Shown here piece by piece: positions 49,960 through 59,109 of a DNA stretch of 64,000 nucleotides. A program made the position numbers and the translations under genes. Below the pieces are notes generated by a model. It was not told where the DNA came from and did no database searches. It saw only the letters and a list, made by a program, of their open reading frames with translations. Positions within the stretch are counted from its first letter, which is position 1. Every line of letters starts with the position of its first letter. The DNA comes from Cyanophora paradoxa CCMP329 (taxonomy: Eukaryota > Plantae > Glaucophyta), in the NCBI GenBank assembly GCA_004431415.1, contig QPMI01000626.1, positions 186,001 through 250,000 of the forward strand. The letters are read 5' to 3'.

Positions 49960-50373
49960 ATGGCGAAACCCAAGATTTCAAACCAAGAGGCAATGGCGGC
50001 ACAGCAAGAAAAGCGCAGACCAGGGCGACCGAAGAAGGTGATCACAGAAGAGGAGAAAGCGGAGAGATTAAGACTAAAACGCGAGAAAGATGCAGAGCGG
50101 CAGCGAAACAAGCATCAGAGACAAAAGCAAGAGCGATTAGCCGCCGGAGAGGCTACTATATTCACACCGGAACAGCTACAAAAGATCGCAATTCGTAAAC
50201 AGCAGCGATACCAAGACGATGAAGAGTATCGGGAGAAAATCCGAGAGAAGGCACGTGAATACCAACGAAGGAAAAGAGCGGAACGCAAGCTGAATCCGCC
50301 GGTGAAGCCCCAGCCGCAAAAGCCCGCTGGAAGACCCCGAAAGCATGTCGTCGAGAACGCAAAAACTTCGTAG
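49960..50373 (+). CDS. Basic AT-hook and coiled-coil DNA-binding protein
   Basis: KRRPGRPKK and KPAGRPRK AT-hooks flank an R/K/E-rich helix. Confidence 0.75.
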   Translation: MAKPKISNQEAMAAQQEKRRPGRPKKVITEEEKAERLRLKREKDAERQRNKHQRQKQERLAAGEATIFTPEQLQKIAIRKQQRYQDDEEYREKIREKAREYQRRKRAERKLNPPVKPQPQKPAGRPRKHVVENAKTS

Positions 50374-50498
50374 CGGAAAGTACCGTACGATGCAAAAAAT
50401 GATTAATTTTTTACCTCCATTTTTATTCCCCGTATCGGTCAAAAAATCACATCGGTCATATTTCGGTGAGTGTGTTGCGAAGCTTTGCTCTGGCGAAA

Positions 50499-53400
50499 AT
50501 GGATACAATGTCTCAAATTATAATTAGACCGGGTCAAGTTCGTCATGATTGGCATGAGAGCGAATCAATCTTCTATTTACTCAAATACTACCATGAATTG
50601 GCAGTAGGACTTAAAACTTTCGGCCAAGCATACGAGGTGTTCTTCTATAAGACACCACCAACCCAGGAACAGAAAAGACTAATCCAAATATTTGATGATC
50701 TTGGCGGCAGTATCGATGATGCCTTTATAACTGTTCATGAGGTCGTGATCGATGGGGACGAAGGTGTCGAAGATGACGGAGCCGGTGCTATCCCTGGCAA
50801 TCGCTATGCGTTTCTGGATGAGGAGCTTACGGACAGCATGCGATGCACCGCGATTATGAGCAAATTCACAGACTACACATTAAATCCAAACGCGTCTGAG
50901 TTCGAAGATATTATTGAGCTTCCCAAATCATCGACATCTAACGCTTGCGGCTACGATATGATCATCTCCACATGGGGAGCGTCCATTAAGAAGTGTCAGG
51001 AGGCGCCAAAACCGCGATATACTGACTTAACTATGTCGTACGACGGTCTCTATAAATTCTTTCACGGTCGTGAACGCACACCTGGCGACTCTCTGGCTCT
51101 CACGCTCCGCCACATCGAGAAATTCTGTAAGAGAATTCAGACAGGCTTCCGCGTCTTTGATGTCGACGGAAAGTTAATACACAAATTCGCGGCGGAATCA
51201 ATTAACAAAAACATCTTTCCCCGCAATATTCACTTTATGATTCACAACAAGCACATCTATATATTCAACGATAACATCAAGTCGCTCGAAATGCGCATGG
51301 CAAAGATGGAGGTCGAAGAGCTCGATAATCATGTTCCTAAGTCGAACTCTTCGTTAGCACTCTATAAAATTCCGACGTGTCTTACTCACGATATCTTCGC
51401 GCACACATCCAAGGATTTGTTAAAGATCACGCAACTTAAACTATCGCCCGACGAGCGCAGTTTCATCCGCATTCTGTATACTGGGCGCGAAGGTCTGGAA
51501 GGTCTTCTATTTACGTTCCTGAAAATGCGATATGAACCCGCAGTGAAGCTAACACCATCGAAACAGATCGACAGCATCACATTCAAAGCTAATGGCTCGA
51601 TGTTCTCTATCAAAGATCCACGCACAACAGACCACTTTATTGAGCAAGATTTCGAAACAGAGGAGTATTATAATAAGGTCTGTGAAATCGGGAAGGGATT
51701 CCGCGAGTCGCTTCTAAATGCGACGAATATCTCACATTACAGCCCGAACATGCGCGAAATTCTCACGCACTACAAGCGATCCGCACTAAGCGGCTTTTTC
51801 TATAAGCCGAACCCGAAAGCTACCTACACAGCTGTCGATATGGCGAAGTGCTACCCTTCGATACTGAAAGGCATGCAATATCTTCCGAAATACAATGTGT
51901 TTGATGACTTCGTTCCCTTTAAAGCGGGAAGCGATATTCTCGAATACGCGATCTACTACGTGCGTGTCGTTGCGTTTGAGAGAGAGCAAGCGACTTTCGC
52001 CGACGATGAGGATGTAGATTATGATGCCGCCATGTCTCGCAAGATTGATGGAATCGAAATTATTCTGGATCGCGCATTTTCCGTGAGTGGTCGCTGTTAT
52101 AATTTCATGACAGGCTACACTCTCTCCATGCACTGGGCGGACGTAAAGGACAAGATAGAGATTATCGCGGTCGCGGAGCCTTCGCATTTGGTGCCCAATA
52201 TGTCGATCGCTGAGATGAAGAAAGTGCTTTCAAGTGACATTCAAACCACGGACAAGAAACACATTTTAGTGAAAGAGATCGGAATGCTCGGCAAATTCCA
52301 AGACTCGCAAACATCCACGAAAATGTTCTACAACCGTGCCGAGGCTGAGAGGTTCGCCCAAGAATGCGGAGGAACAGTAGAGGTGTTTACTTTCAATCCT
52401 AAGAATTCGAAACGTGTCAAAACTCTTAGCGAATTCGAAGGTCACATCTATTTCGTTAAGATCAGCTCCCACCGCGAGCTCGTTAACGGATTCCTTCCTA
52501 TCCACTTTCATATTTACGATCGTAACCGCGCTAATATGTTTGCGCAATACAAGCGCCTGACAGCGCGCGGGCACAAGGTTGCCGGGATCAGAACGGACTG
52601 TCTTTATATCGAAGGTTCATGGACAAGTAAGAAAGAGTTCGACCGAAATGCGTTTGAGAACATGGGCAAATTCAGCTATATTCCCGGGAAAAGATGCCCT
52701 GAGAATGCACTCCGCCCACCACGGGGTGTAACTCTCGAATTTCAGGATCCCGAGACACTCATTAACCGGTTCTCGCTGAGGGACGAATTTAATCCGGAGT
52801 GCTTTAATTGGGTTGCGAAGCTCCATAATCGTATGCTTGTCCTTGCTGACATGCCCGGAAGTGGAAAGTCGACACTCGGTATTAACTGTTTCGCATCTCA
52901 AAAGTCAAATTGCTTAGTCATTTGCCCCTATAACAAACAGTGCGCAGAGCTAAGGGACTCTCTCAAAGTCCGCGGAATCGAGAATATTACCGTTCGCACT
53001 TTGTATAATGTTCTCGGGATCCGTGTCTCAAATGATCAGACCTACGAAGAGGCTATGAGCGAAAAAGACCAGAGGGCGTTCGTATCTGAGTTCAGCCACA
53101 TTATGTTCGACGAGATATTTGCGTATTCCGTAAAAGATCTCGCTAAGATCAAGTCGTTTATCGATCGCTATCCGGATATCAAATATTTGGCTAATGGCGA
53201 TACCTATCAGAACGAACCGATTAATGATGAGCTATCGGTTTCTGATCGCAAGGGCTACTATAAGCGCGCTGTGCAGAGCATGTTCCCTAACGTCCTGAGT
53301 CTACGCATTAACAAGCGGCACAAGAAGGAGACAGACCGTGAATTAATTCGGGCGATTAAAGAGGATCTCTTCGAGAACGGACTGGAAGCCGCACAGATTA

Positions 53401-54206
53401 TCTCGAAATACGGGTTGCCGACAATTAATGATCTAAGCGCCATTCCCGACGGCTACTTTGGCATCGCTTACAGAAACGAAATGACCTTAGCCTATAACAA
53501 ACTGATGCACGATAGACGAAAAGTAAATATTGCAACCGTAGAGGTCAACGGCATCAAATTCTACAAGGGTTTGGAGGTCGTTTGTCGCAGGTATCTACGC
53601 ATTTCGCGGTCTGAGGGTGAGTCTATTAACGCATACACGAATTACACCTATCGAATCACCAAAATCACCAAGCAAATGGTCACATTAACTGACGTTTTCG
53701 ATGGCGTCACGTTCGAGGTTCCGTGCGCGATGTTAGAACATTTTTCTCTCCCTTATGCAGGAACAGGTCATTCAACGCAAGGTCTCACACTTGATTCGGG
53801 CATTGTCATTTGTGAGGCTACGTTCCGCTATACCACTCGCGAATGGTTCTATACCGCGCTCACTCGTAACCGCGATCTGTCTACTGTGCTGATTTATACA
53901 CCGATTCACAAGTTCCAAGGAAAGAGTGACTACATCGAGTATCTGAAAGGGAAGATCCGCGGTTACAAATGCCAGGATCAGCGTGCCGGGCGCGATTTCG
54001 ATGAGGCGGATTATATTACGCCGGAGTGGATATTAGAGCGCAAGAAGCAACAGAAGGGCGCCTGTGCGCTCTGTTCCCTTCCTATTCCGACTGAGCCACA
54101 AGATCCGAATTACAAGCTCGTCGTGGATCGCATAAACAACAGGCGCCCACATCTTAAAGACAATTGCCAGCTCGTGCATCACGGGTGCAATTGCAGCAAA
54201 AAATAA
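50499..54206 (+). CDS. pPolB-like DNA polymerase fused to an SF1 (RecD/Pif1/Dda-like) helicase and a C-terminal HNH-like domain
   Basis: PolB motif A DMAKCYPSIL, degenerate motif B K...V..IGMLGK, motif C GIRTDC; helicase MPGSGKST, FDE, GD.YQN.PI, H.TQG.T and YTALTR; C-terminal CALC...DRINN...H..DN...CN. The start may be 50499 or 50508. Confidence 0.88.
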   Translation: MDTMSQIIIRPGQVRHDWHESESIFYLLKYYHELAVGLKTFGQAYEVFFYKTPPTQEQKRLIQIFDDLGGSIDDAFITVHEVVIDGDEGVEDDGAGAIPGNRYAFLDEELTDSMRCTAIMSKFTDYTLNPNASEFEDIIELPKSSTSNACGYDMIISTWGASIKKCQEAPKPRYTDLTMSYDGLYKFFHGRERTPGDSLALTLRHIEKFCKRIQTGFRVFDVDGKLIHKFAAESINKNIFPRNIHFMIHNKHIYIFNDNIKSLEMRMAKMEVEELDNHVPKSNSSLALYKIPTCLTHDIFAHTSKDLLKITQLKLSPDERSFIRILYTGREGLEGLLFTFLKMRYEPAVKLTPSKQIDSITFKANGSMFSIKDPRTTDHFIEQDFETEEYYNKVCEIGKGFRESLLNATNISHYSPNMREILTHYKRSALSGFFYKPNPKATYTAVDMAKCYPSILKGMQYLPKYNVFDDFVPFKAGSDILEYAIYYVRVVAFEREQATFADDEDVDYDAAMSRKIDGIEIILDRAFSVSGRCYNFMTGYTLSMHWADVKDKIEIIAVAEPSHLVPNMSIAEMKKVLSSDIQTTDKKHILVKEIGMLGKFQDSQTSTKMFYNRAEAERFAQECGGTVEVFTFNPKNSKRVKTLSEFEGHIYFVKISSHRELVNGFLPIHFHIYDRNRANMFAQYKRLTARGHKVAGIRTDCLYIEGSWTSKKEFDRNAFENMGKFSYIPGKRCPENALRPPRGVTLEFQDPETLINRFSLRDEFNPECFNWVAKLHNRMLVLADMPGSGKSTLGINCFASQKSNCLVICPYNKQCAELRDSLKVRGIENITVRTLYNVLGIRVSNDQTYEEAMSEKDQRAFVSEFSHIMFDEIFAYSVKDLAKIKSFIDRYPDIKYLANGDTYQNEPINDELSVSDRKGYYKRAVQSMFPNVLSLRINKRHKKETDRELIRAIKEDLFENGLEAAQIISKYGLPTINDLSAIPDGYFGIAYRNEMTLAYNKLMHDRRKVNIATVEVNGIKFYKGLEVVCRRYLRISRSEGESINAYTNYTYRITKITKQMVTLTDVFDGVTFEVPCAMLEHFSLPYAGTGHSTQGLTLDSGIVICEATFRYTTREWFYTALTRNRDLSTVLIYTPIHKFQGKSDYIEYLKGKIRGYKCQDQRAGRDFDEADYITPEWILERKKQQKGACALCSLPIPTEPQDPNYKLVVDRINNRRPHLKDNCQLVHHGCNCSKK

Positions 54207-54398
54207 ACAGGTTTAATTAGAAGAATGTCACGGATCGTTAGAAGGGTAGCGGCGAGGAGACAGAGACCACCATACTACCTATCGCGGTTCCTGAAACTGA
54301 GCAAGTCCCCAAAAAATCACAAAACGCCAAGCAAAATCAAATTTATTAGGAGATGTTCCTTTTAGCATTGCTAACCGTCCTCTAAGATCGTGCGCCGC

Positions 54399-55603
54399 AT
54401 GTATGACCCAAAAACAGGTTTTAAGAACCCATCGGCATTGTACGAAGAGCTGAGAAAAGAGGACAAGACCCTCACACTGAAAGAAGTGCAAGATGTCGCA
54501 GCGAAACAAGAATTTATGCAGATCAACAAGAAGCCCCCGCACCGACCCAAACAGCTTTTATTCCCATCACAGCCCCGCCGTGGTGCTATCAAGCGGATCT
54601 CATCTTTTATCTCTCATATGGCAATTATAATTCCGGCTACATTGCAGTCCTTACTCTCATCGAGATGACAAGCCGAAAAGCATATGCCAAGAAGTTAAAG
54701 AATAAGGAGGGCGCAAGTGTTGCCGCCGCTTTTGCGGAGATGCTCACAGAGCTCCCGGCTCCGATGATTCGATTGGAGACAGATAACGGTTCGGAATTCA
54801 TCGCGAAGGAGTTTCAGGAGGTCGTAAAAAATAATGGAATAGAGCACCGCTTTAAACAGGTCGGAGATCACACTTCTCTGGGAATAATGAATCGCTTTCA
54901 TTTGACCTTAAAAACGATGATAAACAATTACTGTGTCGCTTATAATACAGTTCGATTCATGGACAAATTGGACGACTTCGTTTTCAATTATAATAACACC
55001 ATTCACAGAACCATAGGAATGAAACCCGCAGATGTTAAGCTTTCTGATATGGAGCGGATCCGAGCGGCTATTATTTCAAAGAAGAACACAATCGTAAAGG
55101 ATATATTCAGCGACTTTAAGCCGGGTCTCCACGTCCGTGTATTATTGCCAAGATCAAAGTTTGATAAAGGAGCAACACAAAGGTATAGCAGAGAGGTCTA
55201 CAAAATTGCGGGAAGGAGAGGAAACGCGATAGAGGTGCAAGATGCAGCGGGGAACGTAATGCCGAAGCTTTTTAAGCCGCACGAATTGCAAATCATTACA
55301 GAGGTCGAAGCTGTGGTGGAGCCATCAGGCAACGCAATCAAAGCAGCCGAAATAGAAGCCGCTTCTATCCGGCAGGTTCAAAAAGAAGGCATAGATGTCG
55401 CCGCAAGTGTTCCAAAAGGCGCATTATTGGAAGATCGCGCAGAAAAGACAAAGAGGGCGCTGAGAGAGCTCGCTAAATTAACGATCGCGGGAACTGAGAA
55501 GCTCTCAGAGGTAAACAGTCAGCGGTGGTATAAATCATTCAAGAATCAGAGCGCAAGCTACACAGCCCCTACTACGCGCATTCTTCGGTCTTCTCGTTCA
55601 TAA
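54399..55603 (+). CDS. Retroviral-type (rve) integrase, Polinton c-INT-like (frameshift near 54549; the start may extend to 54225)
   Basis: YDPK.GF N-terminus; restored YQADLI...LTLIEMTSRKAYA; TDNGSEF; GIMNRFHLTLK; YNNTIHRTIGMKP; SH3-like tail G.HVR...FDKG...YS.EVY.I. Confidence 0.92.
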
Positions 55604-55642
55604 CAAACCCCGAAATTATTTTCTCCGGTAAATATAAAAGAG

Positions 55643-55956
55643 ATGGAGGGTGAAAGTATTATGTTGATATTCCGTTTGATAAAAAAGACGTTGCGAAATC
55701 CCTCGGTGGAAAGTGGGATCGTGAGAATTCATGCTGGTATGTCATGAAGAAAGATCACCCCCTATGCTCTCAGTTCAAAACTCTAAGCTATGAGCAAGTG
55801 TATCAAAGAAACGTGAAGGTTTACCTCGATATTCCTTATGAATTTAAGGATCAAGCGAAGGCTGAGAGAGCCCGCTGGGATCCCGTTATGAAATCCTGGT
55901 ATGTCATGGGTCTCGATCACCCGCTAATGGGCAAGTTTCCGATCAAGGAGCATTAA
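55643..55956 (+). CDS. Tandem DUF5710-like protein (frameshift near 55653)
   Basis: Two copies of Y.DIP(F/Y)..KD.AK....(K/R)WD....WYV. Confidence 0.8.
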
Positions 55957-55981
55957 ATATATCTGTCGTTTTTTTCATTTT

Positions 55982-56374
55982 TTATGAAATTGGGAACCTT
56001 TGCTCGACCTGTAAGTCCCACTTTCGCACTTTCAGCCTTTCCTGTATGAGATCGTTAATGTCCTGTGCTATACCCATTGTCTTCGCTTCGGCATTTGAGC
56101 CGCATGTAAAGATATCGATCGCTAATAGCCCCTGGTCGCTATAAGAGTGAGCTGTGGCATGCGACTCATCTAATAGAAAGCCAATCGCGAAACCGGGAGG
56201 GGAAATAGAGCCATCGAAAATGCAAGTGTGCTGGTGCACGATGCGCATATTGCGATCTGTGATATATTGCGATAGGTTCGCTGTGATCCACTCGGCGCAT
56301 GCCTCCGGGGACTCGTTGAACGGGTCGGTTATATAGTCGAGCATAACGTGGTAGCCGCGGTATCGGGAATCCAT
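55982..56374 (-). CDS. speD: Prokaryotic-type S-adenosylmethionine decarboxylase proenzyme (pyruvoyl-dependent)
   Basis: G.H.MLD, LLDESH self-cleavage site, H(S)Y and AIDIFTCG; 130 aa. Confidence 0.9.
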   Translation of the reverse strand: MDSRYRGYHVMLDYITDPFNESPEACAEWITANLSQYITDRNMRIVHQHTCIFDGSISPPGFAIGFLLDESHATAHSYSDQGLLAIDIFTCGSNAEAKTMGIAQDINDLIQERLKVRKWDLQVEQRFPIS

Positions 56375-56849
56375 TATTATTTAAGTCGATATTTTTGTGA
56401 GCTATGTGGTTTCGTAGCCGCCAAATCGCGCCCTTTGCGAATCAGACCGCGCCACTTCGTAGTAGTGTAGAACTACTCTATACGCGCGCGGATGCAAAGT
56501 ATGACTAGTGGAGCCCTCCGGGAACGCGCGCCGGCGCTCAGAATGTAGCGGACACCTCCGTTTTCGGGCACTTGTGCAGAAATCGAAGTCGGTCTTTGCT
56601 CCACGGTAGGCTAAGCTAGTCAAAGCATAACCATCATGCCCGGAAGCAAGTTACGAGCACGTAGCAATTGAGAGCGCGCCGAGATCGGCTTCCTGTCCAA
56701 AGTTATGCCCGGAAAACGGAAGGGGGGTCGCCGCCGAGTCGCGATCGCGGTGTTATGGTAAATCAAAGCCGGCGGCTATTATGCTTCTAACTGAGAATTT
56801 GAAAGGTATAACAGACCTACTATAAGGCTTAGTTTCGGCGTAGTTTACG

Positions 56850-57120
56850 TAATGTCGGTTGACAGCGTGATACTGTCGCATAATGTCGGCTGACAGCGTG
56901 ATACTGTCGCATAATGTCGGCTGACAGCGTGATACTGTCGCATAATGTCGGCTGACAGCATCATTTTATTTGCATAATGTCGGCTGACAGCATCATGTTA
57001 TCCCCATAATATCGGCTGACAGCGTGATACTGTCGCATCATGTCGGCTGACAGCATCATGTTATCCCCATAATATCGGCTGACAGCGTGATACTGTCGCA
57101 TCATGTCGGCTGACAGCATC
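56850..57120 (+). repeat. Array of about 9 palindromic 31/32-bp repeats, just inside the right TIR
   Basis: Core T(G/A)TCGGCTGACAGC followed by GTGATACTGTCGCA, ATCATGTTATCCCCA or ATCATTTTATTTGCA. Confidence 0.92.
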
Positions 57121-57454
57121 GACCTGCGAACGAAGGTGCCTGCGGGAGCTGCGTAGGCGAGATCTCACCTATCACATTACGATCAGCCATAGAGTTTATC
57201 ACATTACGATCAGACAACGTAAAAATACTACGCTATCGCATGCTATATGTTTTCGGAATCGCCGCGATGTGATGACCCCGAATATGTCGGTGACGCCGGT
57301 GTATATATGTATATGTCGTGATATGCGAAAAAAAACAAAAAAAACACAAAAAAAGCAAAGTTGTGCGGGATCACACACACGGAGGTTCGGACATATATAC
57401 GAAATATATACATGACTAAATCGTTATTGTTTTCATAGAACTCGCATGTAGTTT

Positions 57455-58360
57455 GCATGTATCTTGCATAGTGGGCGGGGCGCGAGTGGTTCCAGTTGCG
57501 ATTAATCGTGGTCTATCGTCGTACTTCGTCGATCATCGTACTTTGTCGATGGGGTGCGCAAGTTTGTGCAGGTGGGCATTTTCGGCATGCTTGCTCATGC
57601 ACAAACTTGCTTTAAAAAATATAAATCTCATTTTAAAATCATAAATTAGCTCGTCCGAGTCTCACTATAACACTGTCGGCATTTATAGTAGAGACCATCC
57701 TTCGTACTTTGCTTTTTATTATACTCGCTTGCAGGCTTCTCAATCTTGCAATCCGGGCATATCTTCGATTGTACTTCGATTTTCGGACGCGTTTTTAAGA
57801 CTTTGTGATACAGGTCAAGGTGATAGTCGCGGTTGCACTCGATGCATCTTGGATTCAATGCGACATTACCAGTTTTTAATTTACGCAAACCAAAACACGA
57901 TGCAGGTCTATCTACTTTGCAGATAGTGCATTGCTTACTTTTGGGTAGTGGGAGTTGATTGCTCGGCATCTTTATAGCTATATAGCGGGAAATCTTTAAG
58001 TGGGGATAAACGCATTTCATATGTTGATTTACGCTATCGGTGGGGGTCACCTTGATTTTTCAATTTGGGTAACTGAAAACAGTTTGGAAACGATCGGGAA
58101 CATTTCGTAAAAATAGGGGTCTTACTGTCCTTACTGAGAGATCGGAAGGCGGAATAAAGGCTTACTGAAAATGGTAAGGGATTAGAGAGAAGATTATATG
58201 TAGGTTTTTGTGATTGGTTTCAGTAAGGAGGAGTTAGATGTTTGAAAAATACAATGTGGCTCAGTGCGAATTTGTGATTTTGTGACTGAGATTCGTGATG
58301 CTGAAAATGTGCTTATTGAAAATGGTCGCGGGAATTGGTGGGGGTGTCCACCCCGCGAGC
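57455..58360 (-). repeat. Right terminal inverted repeat (906 bp)
   Basis: Reverse complement of 33807-34712; ends ...CCACCCCGCGAGC. Confidence 0.96.
57646..57969 (-). CDS. TIR-encoded tandem C4 zinc-finger protein (right copy)
   Basis: Identical translation to 34198-34521. Confidence 0.75.
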   Translation of the reverse strand: MPSNQLPLPKSKQCTICKVDRPASCFGLRKLKTGNVALNPRCIECNRDYHLDLYHKVLKTRPKIEVQSKICPDCKIEKPASEYNKKQSTKDGLYYKCRQCYSETRTS

Positions 58361-59109
58361 CCCGCGCGACCGAGCGCGCGACTCAACGACTCTGCAAAAA
58401 CGCGTACCTGAAGCTCACTGCGGCTGTGCGGACTGACTCGTGCACCGGCAGCGCGGCCAGGAGGCCCAGGGGCGAGGGCCGGTCAATCTCGAGCCGACGA
58501 GGGTGGGGGAAGGAGCCGGGTCGGGGTGCGACATAATTTCGGGCAGCGGTCGTCGCGGATATTATTCAAGCACGCGCAGAACCCCTGGCAGAACCAGTTC
58601 AAGCAGGAGCGGTCAGGCCAAATTTGCCTGGCCGGCGCTGGGCCGCAGAGCCCGCTGTAAAGCTGCACGGCACTCTGGCATTGCGGACTCGGATTCTTTT
58701 GCTGGCTCACTTAAGCGAGCCACACAAAGGCGCAAAACTGCTGTACAAGAAAAAAGTCAAAACCAGAGGTTAATCGATGGAGAAGACTCGGTCGCCGGGC
58801 CGGGCGAGACGGAGACGGCTGCGACGCCCCCTATAGTAAAGAGAGGCTGAATAATTAATTATAATGATGTCTGAAACACTAACGTCAGAGACGCAAGAAG
58901 TACCTGTGAAACTAATGCGGGCAAGCGAGAAATTTTGAAGCAAATCAAGCAAGGAACCTGGGGACTGCGGGACACACGCAACAGGAAGCTGTCGACTACC
59001 GCACACGAAACGAAGCCGAGATCTAGACCCCCGAAAAATCCGAAGCGGCCAAGCAATTCTCCCCCGTGGTATCCTTTGCCCCCCCCCCCCACCCCCTAGA
59101 CGGCGACTG

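Larger units (their letters stand above)
49359..55627 (+). promoter_or_regulatory. Putative viral promoter motif TATTTTCTCCG (exact copies at 49359, 49939 and 55617)
   Basis: Three exact 11-mers, each 10-31 nt upstream of an ATG; related TATTTTCT/TATTTTTCT upstream of the MCP and ATPase. Confidence 0.6.
33807..58360. mobile_element. Endogenous Polinton-like virus (PLV / Maverick-related), complete, 24,554 bp
   Basis: Sharp drop in GC content; intron-less, densely packed ORFs; 906-bp TIRs; CCCGCG duplicated at 33801-33806 and 58361-58366; carries MCP, penton-like, A32 ATPase, pPolB-like/SF1 helicase and rve integrase genes. Confidence 0.96.

Noticed and set aside
36430-55655. Programmed -1 ribosomal frameshifting as a general expression strategy
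   Set aside because: The sites lack consistent X XXY YYZ slippery heptamers and include the highly expressed MCP; homopolymer sequencing error is more parsimonious.
56590-56710. tRNA or Pol III RNA in the non-coding viral region
   Set aside because: There are A-box-like words and a GGAAGC...GCTTCC stem, but no cloverleaf or GTTCRA B-box.
56850-57120. CRISPR array
   Set aside because: The variable parts are only 14-15 nt and recur (three types); there are no cas genes and the context is a eukaryotic virus.
33807-58360. Canonical Maverick/Polinton or Lavidaviridae virophage
   Set aside because: No adenain/Ulp1-like protease is recognisable, the termini are not AG...CT, and the polymerase is an SF1 fusion; PLV is the safer label pending MCP phylogeny.
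33807-58360. Bacterial prophage or contaminant (phage-like fibres, speD)
   Set aside because: No terminase, portal or HK97-type capsid; TIRs, TSD, rve integrase and A32 ATPase indicate a eukaryotic Polinton-like virus integrated in host DNA.
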